Shown here piece after piece: positions 5,880 to 15,015 of a stretch of 29,714 nt of DNA. The notes under the pieces were generated by a model. That model was not told the DNA's origin, ran no database searches, and saw nothing but the letters and a program-made list of their open reading frames with translations. The translations under genes and the position numbers were made by a program. The number at the start of each line of letters is the position of its first letter. Position 1 is the first letter of the stretch. The DNA is from a virus (Duplodnaviria; Caudoviricetes), in the IMG/VR virus record IMGVR_UViG_3300037704_000115, positions 1 through 29,714 of that record, one strand, 5' to 3'.

Positions 5880-8800
5880 CTAGAGCCAAACTAATTGCAA
5901 TCCAACTGACCAGGTAGCAGTACCTGCCGTGCGTTGCACTGTCACACTACCATCAGCCGCACACGCCAATGTAAGCGTTTGCCCACCCGGAACGCTATCG
6001 ATTGTTGTGCTTCCCCCTGGCGTAATCCATTTATCGACCTGATAGGCCGAAGGCGTTACTGTTTCATATGCCGTTCCTATGATTTTGATACCCCGCACGA
6101 CATCTCCCGCGCCATTGGGAATAATCGTCACCGCTGACCCCACGATGCCGGTTTTGCTGACATACATACCGCCCATCGTGCCATCGTGGAGGTGCAGTTG
6201 GCCCTGCGGCGCAATCATGTTGCCGATGAATCCGGTCGTATGGGCGATGACCAGACGCAGCGTCGTAATCGCCTCCGAAACACCCCAAAACGACGCCGGT
6301 ATGCCATGCGTCCCTGATGCGCCGCCGATGCCGGTCCACCATCTGTAACTGGTCCCGCGCTCAAACATCACGCCACCGCCGTAGCTCGCATTCCCGCGGA
6401 ACCTGGCAACAGCGGCGTCCGTACTGACCAAATCCGAAATAGTCATCTGGTCTTCGGGTGTGATATTACCGACCTGGCCGCTATTGTCCATCGTCCAGGC
6501 CGTAGTCCAGGTGATGATGCTGTCGGCAGCGCCGGTGGCAGTCACCAGGAACGAGACCGCGCCGGAGGCGGTGAGAAACAGACTGGCGGGATTGGCTGTC
6601 TTTCGTCGCCAATTCGTGCCGTCGTAGTAGGCATTGGAAGAAAAGTACGTGGTAATACCAGTTTTAAGACCGACGAAGGCCGATGCCTGACCAGTCTGCA
6701 CTACATCGTAATTAGTGCCCCATAGAGACGCTGACGGTGAACCTACATCGACGCCGCCGCCGGATGGGTTGAGCTTAACCGGCCCCTTTGTCGCATGAGC
6801 AGTGCCCTCGATAGTCGCGCTTTCGCTCGCCGCCGTGCCGCCATACCATGTCTGTCCACCCGCTACGCCCAACAACACTAGATATAAGCCATCGAAATAC
6901 GTTTCGAGTGTCGCCTTGAGGTTGGCCCAGGTCAGCCGTTTTAGAACATTCAATGCCGCGCTGTCAGCCAATGCTAGATTGTCTGCATCTATCGGCGTCA
7001 TCTTTTCGGTCGCCGCCGCGACCTTCGCTCCAAGTTCCACAAATTCAAGCGCCGTCTCGCCACTGTTGACCGCGGCCAGATAGTCGCCTGTACCCGCATA
7101 GCTGCTTGGCGTGTCACTCAGATTGAGAAAGGTAGTGATTGGCGTCGTGCCAAACTGTTCAACAAATGCGCTCTGAATAACTGTCGCGGTGGCCGCCGAC
7201 TTTTGGTAGATGATCCGTCCAATGAGTACCGCGTGACGTTGCATGTGCAGCGGCACGCTCGTCGGTGGTGTCTCGTCCTTCGCGCCTGTCTGCGTCGGCT
7301 CGTTGCTGGTCCCGTATAGCATGACGACATTGCCGTCAAGTTCTTCGTATACCCACAGCACACCATAGCGATTGACCGTCATTGTCGCCAGCACGCCGGA
7401 GCCGTCATCATAGCTGTCATTATCCCATTGCGTCTGCGCCGTGACTTTGGTAAAACCGCCCACGCCATCACGATAGTATGCAACAAACGTATCTGCGACG
7501 CTGGTATCAAACGCACCAACCGCAAATTCCAACACGCCCAGATAAAATACGCCCGCTGTGACGGTCACATTACGCGTGCCAGTCTCGCCTAGCTGGATTC
7601 CGCCGTCTACGGAACTACGCAGGATGCCAAATGCCCGACTGACCATACGCTGCAAATGACGCACGCCACCTAACAGCGTGTTGCCGAGTGGGAATAGGTC
7701 CAGACTGCTCGCCTCGTTGACGACGTAGCCGAGAATAAACTCATCTTCGCTATCGGTAACACTAGTTCGCAGTACTACCTGCGGTGTCCCGGCGTTATAT
7801 TCCACATAGACATAACGGGCATCATCGGTCGGGATTGCCAGACCCAAAGCCGCGGACCATTCGACGAGCAGCAGCGGCGCGGTCTCATCATCGGTGGCGC
7901 GCAGATACCCTTCGCCCGCGGTTACGTCGATAGTCTCGCCGCCCGCATCGCTAATTACGCCGCCGTCGATGCGGCCTTTGCTACCCGTTGTGTCAATGTA
8001 GTCCTGGAGATCGTCGCGCGTGGGCGTGCCGCCGATTTGGATATTGATGTCGCTGGCATTTTTGGTTTCCAGCCATGTATCGGCCCGCGTATCGTTGTGA
8101 TACTGTGAGTGGTCATCGTCGGCCAGGCCGATTAAGGTCCCGTGGTCGATGACGGCAGGAGTTCCGCCGCCGCCGCCACCCGCACCTGTCGCACCCCCAT
8201 TTTTGCTCTGAATCTCCGCCACTACATTGAGCGTCACATCGAGCATGGCCGTCTTGCCGGTCGCGCCGGTCGTCTTGCGCCGCACCTCAATCGTGTTGGT
8301 CTCCTCAAGCGGACGACGCGTATCGGTGTTGCTCACCAGCGCGGTGATGTCAATGGCGTACCAACCGCCCCCCACCGCATCAGCCGTATTCAGATCGGCC
8401 CAACTGAGCGCGTTTACGCGAAATTCCAGGTCGTCGATGTCAAACGTATTGAGTGCCGTCTCACGATAGAGGCCGAACGCATTGGATACCGCACCTGAAA
8501 TGTCTACGTCGTGGGTGTGCGCCGGAATGTCTACGTCGTGGTCGTGATTTAACCCGACCTCTTCCGCGGTGGTGACGCCCTGCTCGACCACGCCGCTGCC
8601 GCCGTCGTCGATCTGCAATCCCTCGGTGTCATCCACATAAAGCAGATAGCCCACCGGCGTATCGGTGCGCTTGATGCTGAGCGCATGGCTATGGCTGTCG
8701 GTCGGCGCATAGACCGTGCTGGTTTCGGTCGCGCCGCCGCCGGATTCGCTGGTGATGGTCGCGCCGCCGACTGTGCTGGCAAACGTCACCAATGGATTGA

Positions 8801-10148
8801 GCACAAATCGCATCAACATGCGCCGGATACGAATGACTTCATCGCCGAACCACCAGCGCGCCTCGGCTTTATCGTCGGCCTGATCTTCGCCGACGAATAG
8901 CCGGAATGTAACATCATTGGAGTTGTGCCCGACCTGTGGATGGCTGCTATACGTCCTGGCGCGCTCGATTCCCTGCGCGATGCGCCCGGCCTCGCTCATC
9001 TCATACCAGTCATACGGGACCACGATCAGCCGCGTCGGTTGGCGTCCGCTGCCGTCCACCGTGCGTGTGATCTCGGTGATGATCAACTCCTGGTCGATCA
9101 ACTCCCCCTGCGCCTGGAAATGGACCGGAATCTTCATGCCGACCACCACCTCGTCCGGCAGGTCGCGCACAGTCAGCCGGTAGTGGCGCAGATACTGCGG
9201 GTCGGAGTTGCGTTGCAAATAGGTCAGCGCGGCGTCGAACAATGCGTTGGCCGCGGTCTCCAGGTCGGCGTCGGTATTCTCGATATTGCCGATGTCCTTG
9301 AATTCGATCTCCAACTCGCGTTGGATGCCGAAGATCAGACCGGCATCGAACTGGATGTAATTGCTCGCCGTGTTGAGCGTGTAGCCGGTTGGCGCGACGC
9401 GTGTGCACGCGCTCAGATCGAGCCGGGCGTCGGCGTTGCCCGCGCCAAACGGATAGATGCGATTCATCATCCGCTCGGCATCCTCTTCGACGACCAGCGA
9501 CTCGATCACGCAGACCTGCTCGTTTTGATGCAGCAGGGCACCGCCGTCCTCCACCAGACGCACCGGCGCGTCGGGTGTGTCCAGCCGCGTCCACGCCAGA
9601 TTGCGGTCGCCGCCGGTATCGGCCCGGAAGTGTTCGCCAATCTCATTGGCGACCTTGATCAGCGCGGCCAGCGCCGTTTCGCCGGCGAATCGCTTGTAGA
9701 CGTTGGTCAGTGTTGTGGCGTAACCCGCTGACCCCCACGTGCGGTTGGCGCTGTTCTGCGCGGCGATGATCTGCAAGTGCGCGTCATCCACCCCCGCGCC
9801 CGCGCCGTCGGACAGTTCTAGGGTATGGACGCTATTCTCCGCCAATTCGCCCAGCATGTCGCGCCCGCCGTAGATCACCGTCCGCCGCCCGCGCCCGTCG
9901 ATGGACCGGCGCACGCGCTCCACCGGCCCGGTCATCGCATGGACGCCGCCGACGAAAAAGCGCAGGTCGGTGTTTTTGAGGCTGATGCGCGTCAGGTCCG
10001 GATCGGACGCGGCAAAGACCGCGCTCCATTCGCCGGCCGCATCGCGGCGATAGGTCCAGGTCAGCGACTGGCAACTGGTCAGCGGCCCGGGGCCAGTCGT
10101 GACCCCCAGCAATGTACGAGTATTGACGAGGATGTTATCGTTTGACAT
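5880..10148 (-). CDS. Tail tip/hub protein fused to a fibre/receptor-binding region (1422 aa)
   Basis: Follows Dit; N-terminal siphophage hub-like region (NRIYPFGAG); HxH motifs; Gly linker then IDHGTLIGLADDDHSQY; G/T/S-rich beta C-terminus. Confidence 0.85.
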   Translation of the reverse strand: MSNDNILVNTRTLLGVTTGPGPLTSCQSLTWTYRRDAAGEWSAVFAASDPDLTRISLKNTDLRFFVGGVHAMTGPVERVRRSIDGRGRRTVIYGGRDMLGELAENSVHTLELSDGAGAGVDDAHLQIIAAQNSANRTWGSAGYATTLTNVYKRFAGETALAALIKVANEIGEHFRADTGGDRNLAWTRLDTPDAPVRLVEDGGALLHQNEQVCVIESLVVEEDAERMMNRIYPFGAGNADARLDLSACTRVAPTGYTLNTASNYIQFDAGLIFGIQRELEIEFKDIGNIENTDADLETAANALFDAALTYLQRNSDPQYLRHYRLTVRDLPDEVVVGMKIPVHFQAQGELIDQELIITEITRTVDGSGRQPTRLIVVPYDWYEMSEAGRIAQGIERARTYSSHPQVGHNSNDVTFRLFVGEDQADDKAEARWWFGDEVIRIRRMLMRFVLNPLVTFASTVGGATITSESGGGATETSTVYAPTDSHSHALSIKRTDTPVGYLLYVDDTEGLQIDDGGSGVVEQGVTTAEEVGLNHDHDVDIPAHTHDVDISGAVSNAFGLYRETALNTFDIDDLEFRVNALSWADLNTADAVGGGWYAIDITALVSNTDTRRPLEETNTIEVRRKTTGATGKTAMLDVTLNVVAEIQSKNGGATGAGGGGGGTPAVIDHGTLIGLADDDHSQYHNDTRADTWLETKNASDINIQIGGTPTRDDLQDYIDTTGSKGRIDGGVISDAGGETIDVTAGEGYLRATDDETAPLLLVEWSAALGLAIPTDDARYVYVEYNAGTPQVVLRTSVTDSEDEFILGYVVNEASSLDLFPLGNTLLGGVRHLQRMVSRAFGILRSSVDGGIQLGETGTRNVTVTAGVFYLGVLEFAVGAFDTSVADTFVAYYRDGVGGFTKVTAQTQWDNDSYDDGSGVLATMTVNRYGVLWVYEELDGNVVMLYGTSNEPTQTGAKDETPPTSVPLHMQRHAVLIGRIIYQKSAATATVIQSAFVEQFGTTPITTFLNLSDTPSSYAGTGDYLAAVNSGETALEFVELGAKVAAATEKMTPIDADNLALADSAALNVLKRLTWANLKATLETYFDGLYLVLLGVAGGQTWYGGTAASESATIEGTAHATKGPVKLNPSGGGVDVGSPSASLWGTNYDVVQTGQASAFVGLKTGITTYFSSNAYYDGTNWRRKTANPASLFLTASGAVSFLVTATGAADSIITWTTAWTMDNSGQVGNITPEDQMTISDLVSTDAAVARFRGNASYGGGVMFERGTSYRWWTGIGGASGTHGIPASFWGVSEAITTLRLVIAHTTGFIGNMIAPQGQLHLHDGTMGGMYVSKTGIVGSAVTIIPNGAGDVVRGIKIIGTAYETVTPSAYQVDKWITPGGSTTIDSVPGGQTLTLACAADGSVTVQRTAGTATWSVGLQLVWL

Positions 10149-10151
10149 AAG

Positions 10152-11189
10152 TTAAGCGTAGGTGGGGTAGAAGGTGAAGGTCAGCACGCCGCCGTCCAGG
10201 TCCTGGTCGGCGGTCACGTAGATCGAATTGTTGCCCGGCGCCAGCGCCATCCAATTCGCCGCATCCGAAAAATCGGCATCGCCATAGAGATTATTCACCT
10301 CGGCCAATGTCGCCGCCGCGGGCGATTCCGGGCCATAGGGCTGGCGCACCGCCGGGTCGGCGGCGACGGTGATCGTCTCGGTGTCGGGTACGGTGGCGAC
10401 GGTATAAAAGCCGTCGTAGTCGGCGGTCCCGATGACTGTCACCTCGTCGGCGACGCTGAGACCGTGCGCGGTGGGCGTCGTGTTGACCGTGATTACATTG
10501 CCCGTGCGTGTGACCGTGTTAATGGCTGTGGGAGCGCGGTGCACGCGCGCGGTCCGCTTGCCGATGTCTACGACCAAAATATCGCCGATGGCGACGCCCG
10601 CCACGGTGAGCGTGATGATCTGGCTGGTGGTGCGATTGTTGAGCGTCAGTTCGAGCGCGGCGGCCACCGGCGATTCATATTCGATTTGAGCGTCTACCAC
10701 GTCGGCGTTGCCCGCGTTGGCGACGACCACCGTCTCGGCAAAACTGCTGCCCGCGAAGGTGGTCACATCCACGGTCACATCCTCATCGTACCAAGTCCCC
10801 GCCGCCGGCATAAAGGTCAGATCGACCGGGATATGGGTCAGCCGGGCGTCGAAGGGTCGCGGGTAATGCACCCGCGTCAGTCGCGCATACTGCCAGCGCA
10901 CCTCGCCATCGTGCCAGAGGACCTCCAGCACGCCGCGCACGCCCAGCTTGGCCCGCAACGCCTCCACCTGCACCCGTACCGAGGTCGCGCCCGCATAGAG
11001 CGCGCAACGTTTGGTGATAGCGTCCAATTCGCGCGGGCTTACCGAGTCGCCATAGTTGTCCCAGAAGCCGCCGCCGGGCATCCGCACGAAATCGGCCACG
11101 GCCACGCCGGTCCCCATGCTCTGCGTGTCGCCGCGGGCAAGAAACTCCGGGAGACTCAGTCCGTCGAATTCACTGATCTTGTACGGCAT
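10152..11189 (-). CDS. Distal tail protein (Dit-like) with an inserted beta-barrel domain
   Basis: Between TMP and the tail tip gene; ends WMALAPGNNSIYVT...TFYPTYA; insert AHGLSVADEVTVIGTADYDGFYTV. Confidence 0.8.
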   Translation of the reverse strand: MPYKISEFDGLSLPEFLARGDTQSMGTGVAVADFVRMPGGGFWDNYGDSVSPRELDAITKRCALYAGATSVRVQVEALRAKLGVRGVLEVLWHDGEVRWQYARLTRVHYPRPFDARLTHIPVDLTFMPAAGTWYDEDVTVDVTTFAGSSFAETVVVANAGNADVVDAQIEYESPVAAALELTLNNRTTSQIITLTVAGVAIGDILVVDIGKRTARVHRAPTAINTVTRTGNVITVNTTPTAHGLSVADEVTVIGTADYDGFYTVATVPDTETITVAADPAVRQPYGPESPAAATLAEVNNLYGDADFSDAANWMALAPGNNSIYVTADQDLDGGVLTFTFYPTYA

Positions 11190-11192
11190 GGC

Positions 11193-12683
11193 CTATTGCC
11201 CCCGCGCGCTCATGGCCTGATTGACGCCGATCTCGGTCGCGTTCTGCACCGTGGTCGGGTCGCCGCGTTCCACGTAGACGTTAACTTGCATCTCGGACGG
11301 TTGTGGCGTCCATGCGCCCACCCAGCCCGCCGGGCGACCGTTGCCGCCGGTGTTGGCCGGATTGACCACGGCCAGATCGGGCTGCGTCTCCACGTTGTTG
11401 CGAAAGCCCACGGCCATGCCTGCGCCGATAAGCGTATTGAGGTCGAAGGATGCGCCCGCCTTGACCAGTTGCAGAAACGTCGTCAGCGTCTCGATGGCGG
11501 GCACGACGATGTTCTCCACCGCCCAGGCCAGCGCAGGCAGCGCCTCAGTCGTCAGTAGATTGAATTCTTTGCCCACATCCACCAACGCGTTTTCCCATTG
11601 CCGCGTGGCCGCCTCGATCTTGGCCTGGTTGGTATCGTATTGTTTTTCCAGACTAGCCGACGCTCCCTCCAGTTCGCCCAGTTTGGTTTTTTGCGTATCA
11701 ATGGAGGTCACGACCTGATCGGTCAGGTCCTCCCACTGCGTGCCAAACAATGCCATGCCGATTTTGTTGCGCTCAATCGGGTCCTCGATTTCGTTGATCT
11801 TGTCGATGACCGTCTGCATGGCATCGACGGTCGTGATCGACCCGTCGGCGAACCCGGCGCGCAGCGTATCATAAGAGATGCCGATGCCCGCCAGCGCCGT
11901 TTTGGTGCTCTCCGAATCGTCCACGATCCGGATGCCGAACTCCTTGAACGCATCGGCAGCTTTGTCCGTCCCCAACATGCCGCCCTGCATCCCCGATTCG
12001 ATGATGGAGAAAAATTGCCCGGCGTCCGCGCCGCCCTGGGCGAACTGCACCGAATACTCGCCGATGGTGTCCAGGAAGTCGCCGCTGCTGTCCAGCCCGC
12101 GCTGATAGCCCGCGGTGATCAGGTTGAACGCCTCGTCGCTGGTAATCCCGAAGCTCTCCATGAGCGTGACCGCGGCGTTGACGCTCTCGTTAACGTCGGT
12201 GCCAAAGGCGTCGCGCAAGGACAGCGCCTTGATGGTGACGGCCTCTAGTTGCTCCTGCGTCTCCGTCCCGCCCACGCGCGCAAACGCCCGTTCCGTCTCG
12301 GTCAGACTCGCGCTGATGTCCTCGAAGCTCGTCCCGTAATTATTGGCGTAAATCGAGCGCATGATCTCCTCAAACCCGGCGGCCTGCTCGGTCGTCAGGT
12401 TGAGTTGTGTGCTCATCTTGGCGGTGGATTGCTCGACCTGCCCGGCCAGATCCATCGCGTGCACCGCCGTCGCCACCGCGGCCGCGCCCAGCGCCGTCAC
12501 CGCGCCGGTCGCCAACGTCGCCGGGTTGATCAGCTCGCCCAAGGCCGCGCCCAGGCCGCCCGCGCCCTTATCCGAAGCAGCGAATGATTTATCTAGGCTG
12601 TCGGCGGCCCCGGCCACATCTTTGAGCTTGCCGCTGGCGCTGTCGTCGGCCTCGACATCGATCCCGATTTTGTAGTTAGGCAT
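11193..12683 (-). CDS. Tape measure protein (short, 496 aa)
   Basis: N-terminus IDVEADDSASGKLKDV; core DFLDTIGEYSVQF...DKAADAFKEFGIR...ALFGTQWEDL; located after the tail chaperones. Confidence 0.92.
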   Translation of the reverse strand: MPNYKIGIDVEADDSASGKLKDVAGAADSLDKSFAASDKGAGGLGAALGELINPATLATGAVTALGAAAVATAVHAMDLAGQVEQSTAKMSTQLNLTTEQAAGFEEIMRSIYANNYGTSFEDISASLTETERAFARVGGTETQEQLEAVTIKALSLRDAFGTDVNESVNAAVTLMESFGITSDEAFNLITAGYQRGLDSSGDFLDTIGEYSVQFAQGGADAGQFFSIIESGMQGGMLGTDKAADAFKEFGIRIVDDSESTKTALAGIGISYDTLRAGFADGSITTVDAMQTVIDKINEIEDPIERNKIGMALFGTQWEDLTDQVVTSIDTQKTKLGELEGASASLEKQYDTNQAKIEAATRQWENALVDVGKEFNLLTTEALPALAWAVENIVVPAIETLTTFLQLVKAGASFDLNTLIGAGMAVGFRNNVETQPDLAVVNPANTGGNGRPAGWVGAWTPQPSEMQVNVYVERGDPTTVQNATEIGVNQAMSARGQ

Positions 12684-12912
12684 GGTCGCGTTTCACTACC
12701 TGCAAATTGCCCGCCCAGCCGCCCGCGATGTAGCGCAGCAGCAGGTCGCGCGTCATTGCCTGCATCGCCGGGGGCATGGCCCACAGCGTGACGGTCGGCG
12801 TATGGAGGATGGCCGGAATCAGAATCAGGTCCATGTATTCGTCCGGGGCCGAGACGATCCGGCCCGTGGCGTAGGCGGCGTGGAAGGCATCCACGCCGTC
12901 GATCAGTTTGGG
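12676..12912 (-). CDS. Tail assembly chaperone, -1 frameshift extension (gpT-equivalent part of a ~167-aa G-T fusion)
   Basis: Open -1 frame PKLIDGVDAFHAAY... runs from the slippery site to a stop overlapping the TMP start. Confidence 0.78.
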   Translation of the reverse strand, partial: PKLIDGVDAFHAAYATGRIVSAPDEYMDLILIPAILHTPTVTLWAMPPAMQAMTRDLLLRYIAGGWAGNLQVVKRDHA

Positions 12913-13178
12913 GACTCTAACCATTCCCGCATGGCCTGGCCCCAGCCTTTGCGCGCGGCCCAGGCACGAAAGACGACCGGCGCATCCGGCCCCCATGGGT
13001 CGGGGCCGAACTCTTTGGGCCAGCCATCGACCGCGGCCACAACTGCGGCATAGCTGCCGTCGCCGCCCATCTTGCGGATAAAGAGATCGGTCTGATCGCC
13101 GGTCGCCATCAGGTTGAACGTGATCGTGACGGCCTCGAAGCCGGGCATGTCGCATTGCGTGGTGTGGGTTAGATCCAT
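12903..13178 (-). CDS. Tail assembly chaperone (gpG-equivalent, 91 aa)
   Basis: Between tail tube and TMP; ends in a slippery heptamer; TAATG overlap with the tube gene. Confidence 0.8.
   Translation of the reverse strand: MDLTHTTQCDMPGFEAVTITFNLMATGDQTDLFIRKMGGDGSYAAVVAAVDGWPKEFGPDPWGPDAPVVFRAWAARKGWGQAMREWLESPN
12906..12912 (-). promoter_or_regulatory. Programmed -1 ribosomal frameshift site C CCA AAC
   Basis: In-frame X XXY YYZ heptamer immediately before the TGA (TCC CCA AAC TGA). Confidence 0.8.
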
Positions 13179-14200
13179 TAGGTGTGGCTCCAGAGCGTGT
13201 CAAGCTCCCAGCCGAACATGTGCGGCGTGGTGGTCTGAGTATATGGAGTTTCCGCCCGGAAGGTCGGACTCATCACAACCTCATTGTTCGCGCGCCCATG
13301 CGCCGTGAAGTTGGGCAGGAACCTGCCGGTCATCTGCCATTTCACCTGGCGCGAAGCATCGCCGTTCAGGGTCAACATCAACTCCTGGAACGTGCGTGCA
13401 TTAGCCTTCGCCTTGACCAGCGCATAATTGGTGCTGTCGGTGCGAATCGTCGGCGTGAACGTGACGGCGGGAACCTCGTGGTAGTAGCCGCAGTAGGTGA
13501 GCGCGTTTTCCTCCGCCGCCCACTTGGGCCGCAGCCCCGTGTCGATGTTGAGCGTCCAGTCGAGCAAACTGCACTCGAACGCCGTCATCGTCGCGAAGTC
13601 ACCGCCGCTCGTCGCCGCGTCTTGAATATCGAGCGCGGCCAGCAGCCCCTTCATCATGCCCAAACTCGTGGGTAGCGCCGCACCGATAAAGGCAAAGCCC
13701 GCGCCCGCGTTGTCGTTGACGCTCAGGCCAAACCATTCGCTCTGCACCGTCACCTGCCGGTTGGAGATGCTGAACGACAAGCTCATAGTACGCAGATAGG
13801 CATCCTGAATTTTGACCGCCGGGCCAGTCCCACCCAGCGCCTCGTTGCCACCTAGCAGGAACGTATACGGGATCGGCGCGCCCACCGCCGCCGGGTCCAG
13901 TTCGTCGTCGTAGTCATAGGGACCCGCGCCGCCCGGCGTCAGGTCGCCGAAGCCCGCGCTGAGAAACACCGGCAGCAACTCAAAAAACATGGCTCCGCTC
14001 AGACTGATCGTCGCCATGTCCGCCGTCTTCTCGACAATGGCCGTGGGCGTCCAGAAACCGGCATCCCACTCGGCGACCTGCTCCTCTTGGGCATCAGTAT
14101 ACGCGCCCGTGAACGGCAGCTTGAAGTCCGGGCTGACCGGCGTGCCGAATGCCGTCTGCTTGCCCGCCTCGGCCTTGAGAAATTTTACCGATGTGCTCAT
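13178..14200 (-). CDS. Major tail tube protein (340 aa)
   Basis: Canonical slot between tail terminator and chaperone; N-terminal GKQTAFGTPV motif; AGGAG RBS. Confidence 0.85.
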   Translation of the reverse strand: MSTSVKFLKAEAGKQTAFGTPVSPDFKLPFTGAYTDAQEEQVAEWDAGFWTPTAIVEKTADMATISLSGAMFFELLPVFLSAGFGDLTPGGAGPYDYDDELDPAAVGAPIPYTFLLGGNEALGGTGPAVKIQDAYLRTMSLSFSISNRQVTVQSEWFGLSVNDNAGAGFAFIGAALPTSLGMMKGLLAALDIQDAATSGGDFATMTAFECSLLDWTLNIDTGLRPKWAAEENALTYCGYYHEVPAVTFTPTIRTDSTNYALVKAKANARTFQELMLTLNGDASRQVKWQMTGRFLPNFTAHGRANNEVVMSPTFRAETPYTQTTTPHMFGWELDTLWSHT

Positions 14201-14212
14201 GCTTTACGTCTC

Positions 14213-14632
14213 CTAACTGTTGTCGCAGACGCTGTAGACGGTCACGCGCATCCGTTCCGAGCGATACTGCACGCCATCCAGGATCAGGTAGGCCGCTTCG
14301 CTGTACTCTTCGTCGAACTCCAGGTCCTGCCAATAGTTCGCCACCGCCGCATTGTCGAGCAACTTCTGACGCACGGACTTGGCAAGATCGTCCACATAGT
14401 CTTCCGTCAACGCCGGGTCGTCGCGCCGCCAGTACCAGGTCAGCCAAAAGCGGTGGAACTCGCGCGCATAGTCCGGGAACTCAGTGCGGCTGCCCGCTCC
14501 GTGCACGGTGATCACCGGTGACAGCCCGCCAAAATCTTTTGGTTCGTGGTCATAGACGGTCGGGCCGGTGATCGTGTCGAGAATAGTTGCCAACTTCTCG
14601 CGCGCCGTCTTGCGGCTGGTGAGTGTGGTCAT
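14213..14632 (-). CDS. Tail terminator/completion protein (139 aa, MTTLTSRKTAREKL...)
   Basis: GGAGGA RBS; ATGA overlap; position directly before the tube gene. Confidence 0.7.
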   Translation of the reverse strand: MTTLTSRKTAREKLATILDTITGPTVYDHEPKDFGGLSPVITVHGAGSRTEFPDYAREFHRFWLTWYWRRDDPALTEDYVDDLAKSVRQKLLDNAAVANYWQDLEFDEEYSEAAYLILDGVQYRSERMRVTVYSVCDNS

Positions 14633-15015
14633 GTGGCCCGTCCTCCGCTGATCCGCACGCCGAATAGTTCCGCCACCTTGCGGCCCTCCTCGCGTTCGGT
14701 GCGGTCCATGAACGCGTGCGACCCGCCGCGGGCGTTCTCGAAGATGCTGTATTCCACATTGGTCCCCATGACGCCCGTTACGCGTGCGCCGCCCGCGGCC
14801 GTCACGTCCCAAAATAGGCTATTTTTGAGTCGCCCGGTGTTCACGTGGACCACGCCCGCGGCATAACGGTGCAACATGCCGACCGCCAGCGTCATCGTAT
14901 CGCGCAAACCCCGCGCCGGATCCACCTCCATGAGCAGCCGCTGAAGTTCTTCCTGCAACGCTTCTAGATCACGGATGCTGGCGCTATCCACGATCCCCGC
15001 GCGAAATGCGTTCAA
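14629..15015 (-). CDS. Neck protein, HK97 gp10-like
   Basis: HVNTGRLKNSL...GTNVEYSIFEN...HAFMDRT motif set. Confidence 0.82.
   Translation of the reverse strand: MNAFRAGIVDSASIRDLEALQEELQRLLMEVDPARGLRDTMTLAVGMLHRYAAGVVHVNTGRLKNSLFWDVTAAGGARVTGVMGTNVEYSIFENARGGSHAFMDRTEREEGRKVAELFGVRISGGRAT

Noticed and set aside
5880-7000. Diversity-generating retroelement targeting the tail fibre
   Set aside because: No reverse transcriptase, and I found no TR/VR pair differing at adenines in the window.
12676-13203. 175-aa ORF as a stand-alone gene from 13203
   Set aside because: Its 5' part overlaps the real chaperone gene in another frame; only the part after the slippery site looks coding.
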